A stretch of 63,142 bases of DNA from Myxococcales bacterium. Its GTDB lineage: Bacteria; Myxococcota_A; UBA9042; JABWCM01; BTVJ01. How positions within the stretch are numbered: position 1 is the stretch's first letter; every line of letters begins with the position of its first letter. The stretch lies in assembly GCA_045863395.1 (NCBI GenBank), contig BTVJ01000045.1, forward strand, positions 1 to 63,142, read 5' to 3'. Both the position numbers and the translations under genes were made by a program. The notes under the pieces are model-generated. The model did no database searches. It was not told where the DNA came from and saw only the letters and a program-made list of their open reading frames with translations. Of this stretch, positions 10,049 to 19,148 are shown piece after piece.

Positions 10049-11155
10049 CTACTCCCGGCTGTGCGCGAGCAAGAACGCCATGGCCTTCTCGGCAAAGGCC
10101 GCTGAGAATGCGGGGATGTGGGTGCTCCCCTGCATGGCCCACAGCTCGACGGACGTGCCCGCGTCACAGCCTTGCCACCGCGTGACCTGCGTCTCGGCGC
10201 CCCCCACCTGGTCGTCGATGTCCAGAGGGTCGCCCGCGATGCCGCTCGGGTCACAGCCGTCCTTGGTGACCCACCGGCCCGCGGTCTCCTCGGCGCCGGG
10301 ATAGACCAGGCCTCCACCGAAGGCGATGGTCTCGTCCTCCGTCCCGTGGACCTGGAGCACGGAGACGGCCCCCGTCCCCTTGCACTTGGACTCGGACTTG
10401 AACGTGGCGCCGGCGATGCTGACGAGCGCCGTGATGCGGTCCGGTGCGTCGCAGGCCATGCGGTAGGACATGAACCCGCCGTTGGAGTGCCCCACCAGGT
10501 AGACGCGCTTGTCGTCGATGGTGTAGCCGGCGGACGCTTCGTCGATGAGCGACAGCACATAGGAGACGTCGTCCACCCCCACCCCGTAGAAGTCGCAACA
10601 GTAGTCGGTGGCGTTCCAGAACAGGTTGCCTTGCGCGTCCTTCGTGCCGTCCGGCACCACGAGGATGAAGCCGTCCTGGGTCGTGCGTCCGCTCAGCCCG
10701 AGGTAGATGTTCTGCACGAAGCCGTTGGCGGAGTAGCCGTGGAGCAGGATGACCAGGGGCCACGCCTTGGAGGGGTCATAGTTGCTCGGGGCATAGACCA
10801 CCGCGGGGCGGTCACCGCCGATGGACGTGGGCGGGGGTGGCTTCGGGTTGGCGGTATCGGCAGGCGTAGCCGTGTCCGTGGCGTCCGCAGGCTCGGCGGC
10901 CGCAGCCCCCCCGTCGCCCCCGGGCCCGCCGTCCGCGTCATCCGGCGGGGGGACGGTGTCCGCAGGCTGGAGGCCGGCGTCGAGGTCTTGCGCCGCATCG
11001 GGCACAGGGCCCGTCTCTGCGCCGCCGTCGACGGCGAGCTCGGCGGTGTCGGCGCCGCCTCCCGTCGTGTCAGCAGCGGTCTCGGGCGAGGCCGCGTCGC
11101 AGGCGACGACGAGCGCAAAGACGGCGAGCAGCGAGGCGGTGGCGTGGTGTGTCAT
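10049..11155 (-). CDS. Lipoprotein alpha/beta-hydrolase (LpqC/PHB-depolymerase-like esterase)
   Basis: Lipobox VVAC, an acidic Pro/Ala linker, then PLVILLHGY, WNATDYCCD, GHSNGGFM nucleophile elbow and VHGTEDET. Confidence 0.85.
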   Translation of the reverse strand: MTHHATASLLAVFALVVACDAASPETAADTTGGGADTAELAVDGGAETGPVPDAAQDLDAGLQPADTVPPPDDADGGPGGDGGAAAAEPADATDTATPADTANPKPPPPTSIGGDRPAVVYAPSNYDPSKAWPLVILLHGYSANGFVQNIYLGLSGRTTQDGFILVVPDGTKDAQGNLFWNATDYCCDFYGVGVDDVSYVLSLIDEASAGYTIDDKRVYLVGHSNGGFMSYRMACDAPDRITALVSIAGATFKSESKCKGTGAVSVLQVHGTEDETIAFGGGLVYPGAEETAGRWVTKDGCDPSGIAGDPLDIDDQVGGAETQVTRWQGCDAGTSVELWAMQGSTHIPAFSAAFAEKAMAFLLAHSRE

Positions 11156-11292
11156 GGTGTCGCAGGCTACCACCCGATGCGCCCCCCGTCGAGGCGGGCA
11201 CCTGCGCGCTGGCGCAGAAGCCGCGCGGGCGGCTATCATCGCCGGGCAGAGGCTCCCAGGATGACCACGCGGCGCCGCGGAGAGGACAGCAG

Positions 11293-12180
11293 ATGGCAGG
11301 AAGGATCGTCTCGGGCATGCTCGCCCCCCACCCGCCGCACCTGGTGTACGCGGAGAACCCGCCGCAGAACGAGCCCCGCGCCGAGTGCGGGTGGGAGATG
11401 CTGCGGTGGGGCTACGAGCGCGCGCGCCGGAGCCTGGATCAGAAGGGCTACGACGTCATCGTCGTGCACTCCCCCCACTGGAAGACCGTGATCGGCCACC
11501 ACCTGCTCGGCGTGCCGAGCTTCCAGGGCCTCAGCGTGGACCCGATCTTCCCGAACCTGTTCCGCTTCCACTACGACCTGCGCGTCGACGTGGAGCTGGC
11601 GGAGGCCATCGCCACCGAGGGGGCGGCGGCGGGGCTCGACATGAAGATGATGCGCAACCCAGACTTCCGCGTGGATTACGGGACCATCATCTCCTGCCAC
11701 ATGGTCAACCCGCGCTGGGACGTGCCAATCGTGGCCATCTCGTCCAACCGGGCCTACTACCAGTTCTCCGACGAGGTGGGCGACGCGCAGATGACGGCGC
11801 TGGGCGAGGCGACGCGAAGGGCCGTCGAGCGGACCGGGCGGCGCGCGCTGCTCCTCGCGTCCAACTCGCTCTCGCACCGCCACTTCACGGAGGAGCCGCC
11901 CATCCCCGAGGACATGAGCCGCGAGCACATCTACCACCATGGGCAGTACCTGTGGGACATGCACGCCCTCGACCTGATGCGGCGGGGCCGGACGCGGGAG
12001 CTGGTCCACGAGATGCCCGAGCTCATCGACCACGCGACCAGCGAGTGCAAGGAAGGCTCGCTCACGTGGCTCCTGGCGGCGCTCGGCTTCCCGGCCTACC
12101 CGGCGGAGGTCCACGCCTACGGCACGGTCATCGGGACCGGCAACGCGGTGGTCCAGTGGGACCCGGAGGTGGGGGCATGA
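11293..12180 (+). CDS. amnB: 2-aminophenol 1,6-dioxygenase beta (catalytic) subunit
   Basis: LAPHPPHLVYAENPPQNEPR..GWEMLRWGYERAR, HSPHW, SVDPIFPNLFRF, FRVDYGTI and YGTVIGTGNAV closely match known AmnB/CnbCb. Confidence 0.92.
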   Translation: MAGRIVSGMLAPHPPHLVYAENPPQNEPRAECGWEMLRWGYERARRSLDQKGYDVIVVHSPHWKTVIGHHLLGVPSFQGLSVDPIFPNLFRFHYDLRVDVELAEAIATEGAAAGLDMKMMRNPDFRVDYGTIISCHMVNPRWDVPIVAISSNRAYYQFSDEVGDAQMTALGEATRRAVERTGRRALLLASNSLSHRHFTEEPPIPEDMSREHIYHHGQYLWDMHALDLMRRGRTRELVHEMPELIDHATSECKEGSLTWLLAALGFPAYPAEVHAYGTVIGTGNAVVQWDPEVGA

Positions 12181-13595
12181 GCGGCGTCATCCGAGGGCTC
12201 ATCGTGCCCGGGCAGCCGCACCCGCTGTTGGCCCCTGACGGCTCTCCGGCGTGGCGCTCCTTGCGATCCGCCTTCGAGCGGGTGCGTGACGAGCTCCGCA
12301 CGTGGGAGGCCGACCTCCTCGTCCTCTACTCGACGGGCTGGCCCAGCGTCATCGGGCACCAGATGCAGGCGGACCCGGCCCCTCAGTGGGTCCACGTGGA
12401 TCAGGAGTGGCATGCGCTCGGGAGCATCCCCTACACGCTGCGCATGGACCCACAGTTCGCGGCCGCCTGGCGCGACGCGGCCCAGGCCCGGGGGCTCCAC
12501 GCCCGCACGGTCGCCTACCGCGGCTTCCCCGTCGACACGGGCACCATCGTCGCCTTGCGGCTCCTGGACCCCGACAATCGGATCCCCGCGTGCGTCGTGA
12601 GCTGCAACATGTACGCGGACCGGGCGGAGACCCTCGTGCTGGGCAAGGCGACCCGGGACGCCGTGCTGGCCACCGGGCGGCGCGCCGTCGCCGTCGCCGT
12701 GACCGCTCTGTCCAACCGCCTGCACACGGAGCCCGTCGAGCCCGCGCACGACCGCATCTCGTCGCTGAAGGACGACGAGTGGAACCGCAAGCTGCTGGAG
12801 CTGCTCGCCGACGGGCGCCTGGAGGACGTGAGCCAGCTCGCCCGCGAGTTCGCCGCCCAGGCCAACGGCGACTCCAAGGGCAGGGCGCTCTGGTGGCTCG
12901 CTTCGACGCTCGGGCAGCACAACGACTACGCCGGGACGGTCTACGCCTACGAGCCCGTGTGGGGGACCGGGGCCGCGCTGGTCGGGCTCGTGCCTGCGCA
13001 GCGTGCCGCCGCCCAGCGGGAGTTCGACGAGGCGGACCCCGAGGTCCATCGGGGGGATCGGGGAGTCCTCAGTGTCTCCCCGGAGGCCGCGCACGAGGCG
13101 AACGGGCCGCCGCCCCTTGCTGGTGCCCAACCGGCTATCGCCCCCGCGCCCTCCGCGCCGCCGCCACGGGAGGACGTCGTCCGCACGGACGCAGCGCCCC
13201 GCCCCGTCGGCGCCTACCCCCACGCGCGGCGGGTCGGGGACCTGCTCTACCTCTCGGGCATCGGCCCTCGCACCCCGGGGACCGACGCCATCCCGGGTGG
13301 GCCCGTCCGCGACCAGGACGGCTCCCCCCGCGACTATGACGTGGCCGCCCAGACCCGCCAGTGCATCGCAAACGTCGGCGCCATCCTGGAGGCGGCGGGG
13401 TCCAGTTTGGGGCGCGTCGTGGACGTCACGGTCTTCCTCATCGACATGGCGCGGGACTTCGCCGCCTTCAACGCGGTCTACGCAGAGCACTTCGCCGCAG
13501 TGGACGCGACCCGCACCACCGTGGAGGTGCGCGCCCTGCCGACGCCCATCGCCGTGGAGCTGAAGGTCGTCGCCCGGGCGGGGGACGCGCCATGA
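12177..13595 (+). CDS. amnA: Fusion of 2-aminophenol 1,6-dioxygenase alpha subunit and RidA-family 2-aminomuconate deaminase
   Basis: N-terminus has IVPGQPHPLL, YSTGWPSVIGHQ, FPVDTGTI and YEPVWGTGAA (AmnA-like). After a Pro/Ala linker, from about 13176, APRPVGAYPHARRVGDLLYLSGIGPR...TRTTVEVRALPTPIAVELKV is RidA/AmnD-like. No internal stop. Confidence 0.88.
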   Translation: MSGVIRGLIVPGQPHPLLAPDGSPAWRSLRSAFERVRDELRTWEADLLVLYSTGWPSVIGHQMQADPAPQWVHVDQEWHALGSIPYTLRMDPQFAAAWRDAAQARGLHARTVAYRGFPVDTGTIVALRLLDPDNRIPACVVSCNMYADRAETLVLGKATRDAVLATGRRAVAVAVTALSNRLHTEPVEPAHDRISSLKDDEWNRKLLELLADGRLEDVSQLAREFAAQANGDSKGRALWWLASTLGQHNDYAGTVYAYEPVWGTGAALVGLVPAQRAAAQREFDEADPEVHRGDRGVLSVSPEAAHEANGPPPLAGAQPAIAPAPSAPPPREDVVRTDAAPRPVGAYPHARRVGDLLYLSGIGPRTPGTDAIPGGPVRDQDGSPRDYDVAAQTRQCIANVGAILEAAGSSLGRVVDVTVFLIDMARDFAAFNAVYAEHFAAVDATRTTVEVRALPTPIAVELKVVARAGDAP

Positions 13596-14230
13596 GCGAC
13601 GACATCATCGACATCTCCCCCGTGGTGTCTCCGCGCATCGCCGTCTGGCCCGGTGACGTGGCCTTCCGCCGCACGGTCGCGCTCTCGATTGCGGCCGGAG
13701 ACAACCTGGAGCTGTCGTCCGTAGAGACAACTCTGCACGTCGGCGCACACGCAGACGCTCCGAGCCACTATCTCCTCGGTGCCCCCGGCATCGGCGAGCG
13801 CTCACTGGACCTCTACGTGGGCCCCTGCCAGGTCATCGCCGTCGACGTGCCCCGGGGCGAGCGAATCCGCCCCAACCACCTGCCGCGCGGCCTGCGCATC
13901 ACCTCCCCGCGGGTCCTGTTCAAGACCGGGAGCTTCCCCGACCCGGAGCGCTTCAACGAGGACTTCGTCGCCCTCTCCCCCGAGCTGGTCCACCTCGTGG
14001 CCGCCGAGGGAGGCCGCCTCGTCGGTATCGACACCCCGTCCATCGATCCCTGCCACGACAAGGAGCTGCGGTCTCACGCTGCGGTCGCAGCCCACGACAT
14101 GGCCGTCTTGGAGGGCCTCGTCCTCGATCACGTCGAGCCGGGCGCCTACACCCTGATCGCCCTGCCGCTGCGCCTAGCAGGCGCCGACGCCTCTCCGGTG
14201 CGGGCGGTGCTCTTGCGGGACGAGGCGTAG
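13592..14230 (+). CDS. kynB: Cyclase-family arylformamidase (kynurenine formamidase-like)
   Basis: IDISP..VWPGD, HVGAHADAPSHY (HxGxHxDxPxH), LVGIDTPSID, VLEGLVL and ADASPVRAVL. ATGA overlap with the upstream gene. Confidence 0.88.
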   Translation: MSDDIIDISPVVSPRIAVWPGDVAFRRTVALSIAAGDNLELSSVETTLHVGAHADAPSHYLLGAPGIGERSLDLYVGPCQVIAVDVPRGERIRPNHLPRGLRITSPRVLFKTGSFPDPERFNEDFVALSPELVHLVAAEGGRLVGIDTPSIDPCHDKELRSHAAVAAHDMAVLEGLVLDHVEPGAYTLIALPLRLAGADASPVRAVLLRDEA

Positions 14231-14378
14231 CGCACTGGTCTCGGCCCTGTCGTCGGTGTCACTCGCCCACGATCCCGCGCTTGCCCTTCCGTTCCGGCCC
14301 CCGTACCCTGCGTCCGCTCGCAACGTTGGCGCTGATCCGGGGCGGTCCCGGGCGCGCCCGCGGGAGCAGGTGGTCTTC

Positions 14379-15992
14379 ATGAGTCACATGCGGTGGTGGG
14401 CGACCTCCCTGGCGCTCGCGTTGCCCCAGGTAGCCGTCGCGGCCGAGGCGCCCGAGGCTCCTGACGGGCCTGTCGCGTCCGTGGCGGAGGTTGCGGCACC
14501 TGCCGCCCCGGCCGACGACTTCGACCTGGGCGATGGGTGGAGCGTCGACCTGGGCCTCTTCGTCGAGTACCGGGTGGCCATGTCCCAGGTCTCGGGCGTC
14601 CAGCTCGGGCGACCCCTCGGCGAGGACCAGGGGCAGCTCGAGCCCACCGTCGGGTTCGAGAACCGCCTGCGCCTCGCGGGGCACGCCGCCTTCAAGCACC
14701 GGACGGGCTTCCTGCGCCAGGTGCGGCTGGATCTGGCCGCCGACCTGTTCTCGGGGCCGTTCTCCTCGTCGCTGGAGGACGAGCTGCTGCGGTACGACCC
14801 GCTCCAGCCCACGGCAGATCTGGCCTCCCGCGACTCCCAGTACCTGCGCGTCGCGTCTGCCGAGGTCACCACGATGGCGGGGCGTGTAGCCGGTGGGCGC
14901 ATGGCCAGCACCTGGGGGCTCGGCATCCTGGCCCAGGGCGCCGCGGACGACCCGCTCCAGTTCGGCTTCAAGCGCACGGGTCACCTGGTCAACCGGGTCG
15001 CCTACACGATGATGCCGTCGGTGTGGGCGCTCGGGGACAAAGGGGCGGTCGACGCCCCCTTCATCATCGGCGCCGCCTACGACTGGCTGGTCCTGGACGA
15101 CCGGGCCGACGAGCGCGAGGACGACAGCGGCAACAACATCATCGCGCTCCTCGGGTGGTTCGGCCGCGACCTGCAGGTGGGGGCCTACGGGGTCCGGCGC
15201 ACGCAGCAGAACGCGCTGGGCCTGGAGACCTCCGCCTGGGTGGGCGACCTCTACGCCCATGGCGTGCTCGACGTCGACGGCTGGAAGCTCCAGGCGGCCA
15301 CCGAGTGGGCGGTGATCTCGGGGGAGACCGAGGCCTTCCGCTCCTACGCCAACCCGGAGACGACGGACGTGCTCCAGGTGGGCGGCGTGGTGCGCTTCGA
15401 CGTGGAGAAGGACTGGTTCGTCGCGCGCCTGGAGGGCGGCTACGCCAGCGGCGACTCGCGGCCCTACGACGACACCATCCACACCATGAGCTTCGCGTCG
15501 GACTACCGGGTGGGCATCGCCCTGTTCCCCGAGCTGATCCGGCGGCACACGGCCGTCGCGGCCTACAACGCCCAGGACCCGCGCTTCACCGGCTTGCCGC
15601 CTGTGGGCTTCGACGACACCCCCACCCGCGGCGGGGTCACCGGCGCCATGTACCTGCATCCGGTGCTGGGCTTGCGCCCCTTCCCGTACCTGACGCTGCT
15701 CACCGGGGCGGTGATCGCGCGCGCCAGCGAGGACTACGCGGACGTCTACCGCACCGCATTGGCAGGGGGCACGCCGACGGGGCCCCGCGGAGCCACCCAC
15801 CAGCGCGACCTCGGTCTGGAGCTGGACGTGGGCGTGCGGTTCCACCACGCCATCGGTGCCGGAGTCTCCGTGGCCGCGCGCTTCGACGCGGGCGTGCTGT
15901 TTCCCGGGGCCGTGTTCGACGACGCGGACGGCAACGCGGCCTCGGCCCTTGCGGTCACGGCGGGGCAGGTCATGCTCCAGGGGGAGTGGTGA
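14379..15992 (+). CDS. Putative outer-membrane beta-barrel protein
   Basis: Signal peptide ending AVA-AE, alternating amphipathic strands, GRMASTWGLGILA, LGLELDVGVRF and a terminal aromatic W. Confidence 0.7.
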   Translation: MSHMRWWATSLALALPQVAVAAEAPEAPDGPVASVAEVAAPAAPADDFDLGDGWSVDLGLFVEYRVAMSQVSGVQLGRPLGEDQGQLEPTVGFENRLRLAGHAAFKHRTGFLRQVRLDLAADLFSGPFSSSLEDELLRYDPLQPTADLASRDSQYLRVASAEVTTMAGRVAGGRMASTWGLGILAQGAADDPLQFGFKRTGHLVNRVAYTMMPSVWALGDKGAVDAPFIIGAAYDWLVLDDRADEREDDSGNNIIALLGWFGRDLQVGAYGVRRTQQNALGLETSAWVGDLYAHGVLDVDGWKLQAATEWAVISGETEAFRSYANPETTDVLQVGGVVRFDVEKDWFVARLEGGYASGDSRPYDDTIHTMSFASDYRVGIALFPELIRRHTAVAAYNAQDPRFTGLPPVGFDDTPTRGGVTGAMYLHPVLGLRPFPYLTLLTGAVIARASEDYADVYRTALAGGTPTGPRGATHQRDLGLELDVGVRFHHAIGAGVSVAARFDAGVLFPGAVFDDADGNAASALAVTAGQVMLQGEW

Positions 15993-18900
15993 TGAGCGGA
16001 GTGTGGAGAAGGGCAATGACGAATGTGCGCGGGGCCGTCGTGACGGGGGCGCTGATCACGCTGGCAGCCGTCGCCGGTTGCCAGGGCGACGACACTCCCG
16101 GCCTGGGCCCGGCGCTGCTCAAGGGCCAGTTGCCCGGGCCCCGGGTCGTGTTCGATCCGCTCCGGCGCCCGGACCCCGAGGTGCCGTTCCCGAGCGATCT
16201 GGCGACCCGCATCGGGCCGGACGGCGCCTCGTCCCTCAATGTGAGCACCGAAGGGGCGACCGCCTACGAGCGCCGGTTCCGCAAGCACCTGAACGAGATT
16301 CCGGGCTTTTCGGGCATGACGCCCATCTCCGTCTCCTTCGACGCCCCCATCGACCTGCGCACGGTCACCGACAAGACGGTGTTCGTCATCAACGTGCAGC
16401 CCGGATCCAAGCGGTTCGGCGAGCGACTCCCCCTGGATCTCGGGCGCGGCTGGTTCCCCCACGACATCATCCCGACCAGCTATCTGCCGCACGACACCTA
16501 CAAGGACGACACCAGCATGGTCTTGCCGCCGGACAACCTGGCGGACCTGGACGGCGACGGGGTCCCGGAGACCCGTGTCTACCACTACGAGAACTCCACC
16601 AACACGCTGGACATCCGCCCGCTGGTGCCCATGGAGGCGGGTTCGCGGTACGCGGTCGTTCTGACACGGGGCGTCAAGGGCTGGAAGGACGGCAACTACA
16701 CGTCCATCGTGAGCCCCTTCGAGGCCGTCAACCACGACAGCCAGACCGAGTCTCTGCGGCGCGCCTTGCCGTCTCTGGACGAGGTGGGGGTCAAGCCGGG
16801 CCACATCGCCTTCGCGTGGACCCTGACGACGGGCGACCTGGCCAAGACGTTCCGCACCCTGCGCGACGGCCTGTATGGCCGCGGCACCTTCGCCTGGCTC
16901 GCGGAGCAGTTCCCGCCGGGCATCCACGACGTCTATGACCTGAGCGTGGAGTTCGACGGCGACGACAGCCACCCGAACCCGGACTACAAGTACCCGTATG
17001 TGGCCAACGACACGCGCTACGTCCTGCAGGGGGCCTACCTGAACAGCGTCATGGCGCTCATAGGCGCCTTCCAGGCGGGCCTGGGCGTGGACTTCGACCA
17101 CGTGGACTACGTGGTCTTCGGCGAGATGATCACGCCGAGCTTCCGCGCCACCGAGGACAACGTGTGGGACGTGGACCTGGCCGCGGGCACGGGCAGCGTC
17201 GCACCGGAGGCCGTGCCGTGGATGATCACGGTCCCGAAGACCACCGAGCACCACAAGCCGCCGTTCCCCGTGGTCGTGCACGCGCACGCGACGGCGACGA
17301 GCCGCATCGAGGTGCTGGTGCTGGCCGGCAAGCTCGCCCAGGCCGGCCTCGCCACCATCTGCATCGACGCGGTGGGCCACGGGCCAATCCTGACGGAGCC
17401 GAAGAAGATGCTCCTCGACGCGCTGGGCGGCGACGCCTCGAACCCCTCGACCATGTCACTGGTCGCGGGCATGGCGCGGGCGCTCCTCGGCCCGCTGCTC
17501 TTCACGGACTGGGAGACGAAGCTCCCGGCGGACATGTCCCTGGACGACATGCTCGCGGTGATGCTCGAGAACGGCTTCATGCAGCAGCTCGCGCTGAAGG
17601 GGCGTGCAGTGGACGACGACGGGGACTGCAACATCCGCGGCGGCGAGGCCTACTACACCCCCGACCCCTTCCGTCTGCGGGACGCCATGCGCCAGACCAC
17701 CCTCGACTACATGGTCGCCGTGCGCATGCTGCACTCGCTGTCTCAGAGTGCGGTGCCGACGCCGCCCAAGGAGCCGCGCAAGGCCACGCCCGCAGAGCTG
17801 ATGCCCAGCTTGCTTTCGGGCGACTTCAACGCGGACGGCACCCTCGACGTGGGCGGCCCGGACGTGCCGTACTTCATGTCCGGCGTGTCTCTCGGCGGTA
17901 TTCACACGGCGCTGACCGCCCCGCTGGAGGAGTACATCGTCGCCGCAGCCCCGGTGGTGGCGGGCGCGGGCATCGCCGACATCTTCGTGCGCACGAAGCT
18001 CAAGGACGTGGTCACGCCCATCATGCACCTGGCGTCGGGGCCGCTGGTCGTCGGCTGCCCCCAGGAGGATGGGACGGTCGCCGTCAGCTTCAACGACGAC
18101 TCGGACCGGTGCAAGATCACCGAGCGCACCACCTGGAAGGGCACCGACGGCACCTGCCTCGCGCTGCCCGAGGTGGCGAGCATCGTCCACGCCAGCCTGA
18201 AGGTGCCGGCCGGAGGGCGCGTGGTGGTCACCCACCTGCCGAGCGGGTTGTCGCACGAAGAGGTGGCAGACGCCACCGGCGCCTTCGCCGTCCCCATCGA
18301 GGCGGACATCGGCGACCCATTGCGCATCGACGTGCTCTCCACCAGCGGCGCGCCGGTGGACGGCGCGGACCTGATCTCGCCGTACCAAGGGGTGGCGAAG
18401 CCCCGCAACACCCCGGACTTCCGCCGCCTGGTGCAGCGGGTGGCCAACGTGCTGGAGGGCTCCGACGCCATCACCGTCGCGGACCGGGTGCTCTTGGACC
18501 CGCTCCCCGGCTACCCGGCCACCAACACGCTGCTCCTGCTGGCGGCGGGCGACCGCACGGTGAACTTCGCCGCGGGCCTCGCCCTGGCGCGCTCCATGGG
18601 CCTCTTCGGCAAGGACCTGGTCTCGCCCGAGGCGTCCTATCGCGCGTGGACCGAGGGCGCCATCAAGGACCGCCTGCTCGTCGACAGCGACGTGAGCGCC
18701 CCAATCCTCGACGAGAGCCACCCCGAGGGCGGCCCCGGGCTCTGCCGCAAGGTGGAGACGGGCACGCGGGGCGTCTCGGCCCTCTGCCTCGCCGACGTGA
18801 AGGGCCACCACGAGTACATCGCCCAGGCCAAAGGCTCGGACGCCTTCCCTCCGCTGGAGGGCTACAAGCCCACCTACACCGAGTACCACGCCAACATGAT

Positions 18901-19021
18901 CGTCTCGTTCTTCCACTCCCTCGGCACCCGCGTCGAGGAGGACCCCTGCTGGGCGGACTGGAAGTGCGCCACGGACAAGGGCCTCACCGCGAAGTGGGCG
19001 GAGGCGGTGGGGGCGGAGTAG
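15992..19021 (+). CDS. Large lipoprotein with an Ig-like N-terminal region and an alpha/beta-hydrolase (lipase-like) domain
   Basis: Lipobox VAGC; VPFPSDLATR/GFSGMTPISVSFDAPID N-terminal module; FPVVVHAHA, CIDAVGHG and SGVSLGGI nucleophile elbow. TGATG overlap with the upstream gene. Confidence 0.8.
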   Translation: MSGVWRRAMTNVRGAVVTGALITLAAVAGCQGDDTPGLGPALLKGQLPGPRVVFDPLRRPDPEVPFPSDLATRIGPDGASSLNVSTEGATAYERRFRKHLNEIPGFSGMTPISVSFDAPIDLRTVTDKTVFVINVQPGSKRFGERLPLDLGRGWFPHDIIPTSYLPHDTYKDDTSMVLPPDNLADLDGDGVPETRVYHYENSTNTLDIRPLVPMEAGSRYAVVLTRGVKGWKDGNYTSIVSPFEAVNHDSQTESLRRALPSLDEVGVKPGHIAFAWTLTTGDLAKTFRTLRDGLYGRGTFAWLAEQFPPGIHDVYDLSVEFDGDDSHPNPDYKYPYVANDTRYVLQGAYLNSVMALIGAFQAGLGVDFDHVDYVVFGEMITPSFRATEDNVWDVDLAAGTGSVAPEAVPWMITVPKTTEHHKPPFPVVVHAHATATSRIEVLVLAGKLAQAGLATICIDAVGHGPILTEPKKMLLDALGGDASNPSTMSLVAGMARALLGPLLFTDWETKLPADMSLDDMLAVMLENGFMQQLALKGRAVDDDGDCNIRGGEAYYTPDPFRLRDAMRQTTLDYMVAVRMLHSLSQSAVPTPPKEPRKATPAELMPSLLSGDFNADGTLDVGGPDVPYFMSGVSLGGIHTALTAPLEEYIVAAAPVVAGAGIADIFVRTKLKDVVTPIMHLASGPLVVGCPQEDGTVAVSFNDDSDRCKITERTTWKGTDGTCLALPEVASIVHASLKVPAGGRVVVTHLPSGLSHEEVADATGAFAVPIEADIGDPLRIDVLSTSGAPVDGADLISPYQGVAKPRNTPDFRRLVQRVANVLEGSDAITVADRVLLDPLPGYPATNTLLLLAAGDRTVNFAAGLALARSMGLFGKDLVSPEASYRAWTEGAIKDRLLVDSDVSAPILDESHPEGGPGLCRKVETGTRGVSALCLADVKGHHEYIAQAKGSDAFPPLEGYKPTYTEYHANMIVSFFHSLGTRVEEDPCWADWKCATDKGLTAKWAEAVGAE

Positions 19022-19148
19022 AGCGGCGCGAGGGGTGTGCTGCCTGTCGGATGCTCTGCTCAGCGGGTGTGGGAGACCCCGGGATTGACGCCACCAGCAG
19101 ACTGCGTACAGTGGCACCCAGGACCCCGAACCTCGCCGGAGGAAAGCC

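Noticed and set aside
11293..13595. Xenobiotic nitrobenzene-degradation island
   Set aside because: No nitroreductase, mutase, transposase or compositional shift is seen; linkage to kynB points to amino-acid catabolism instead.
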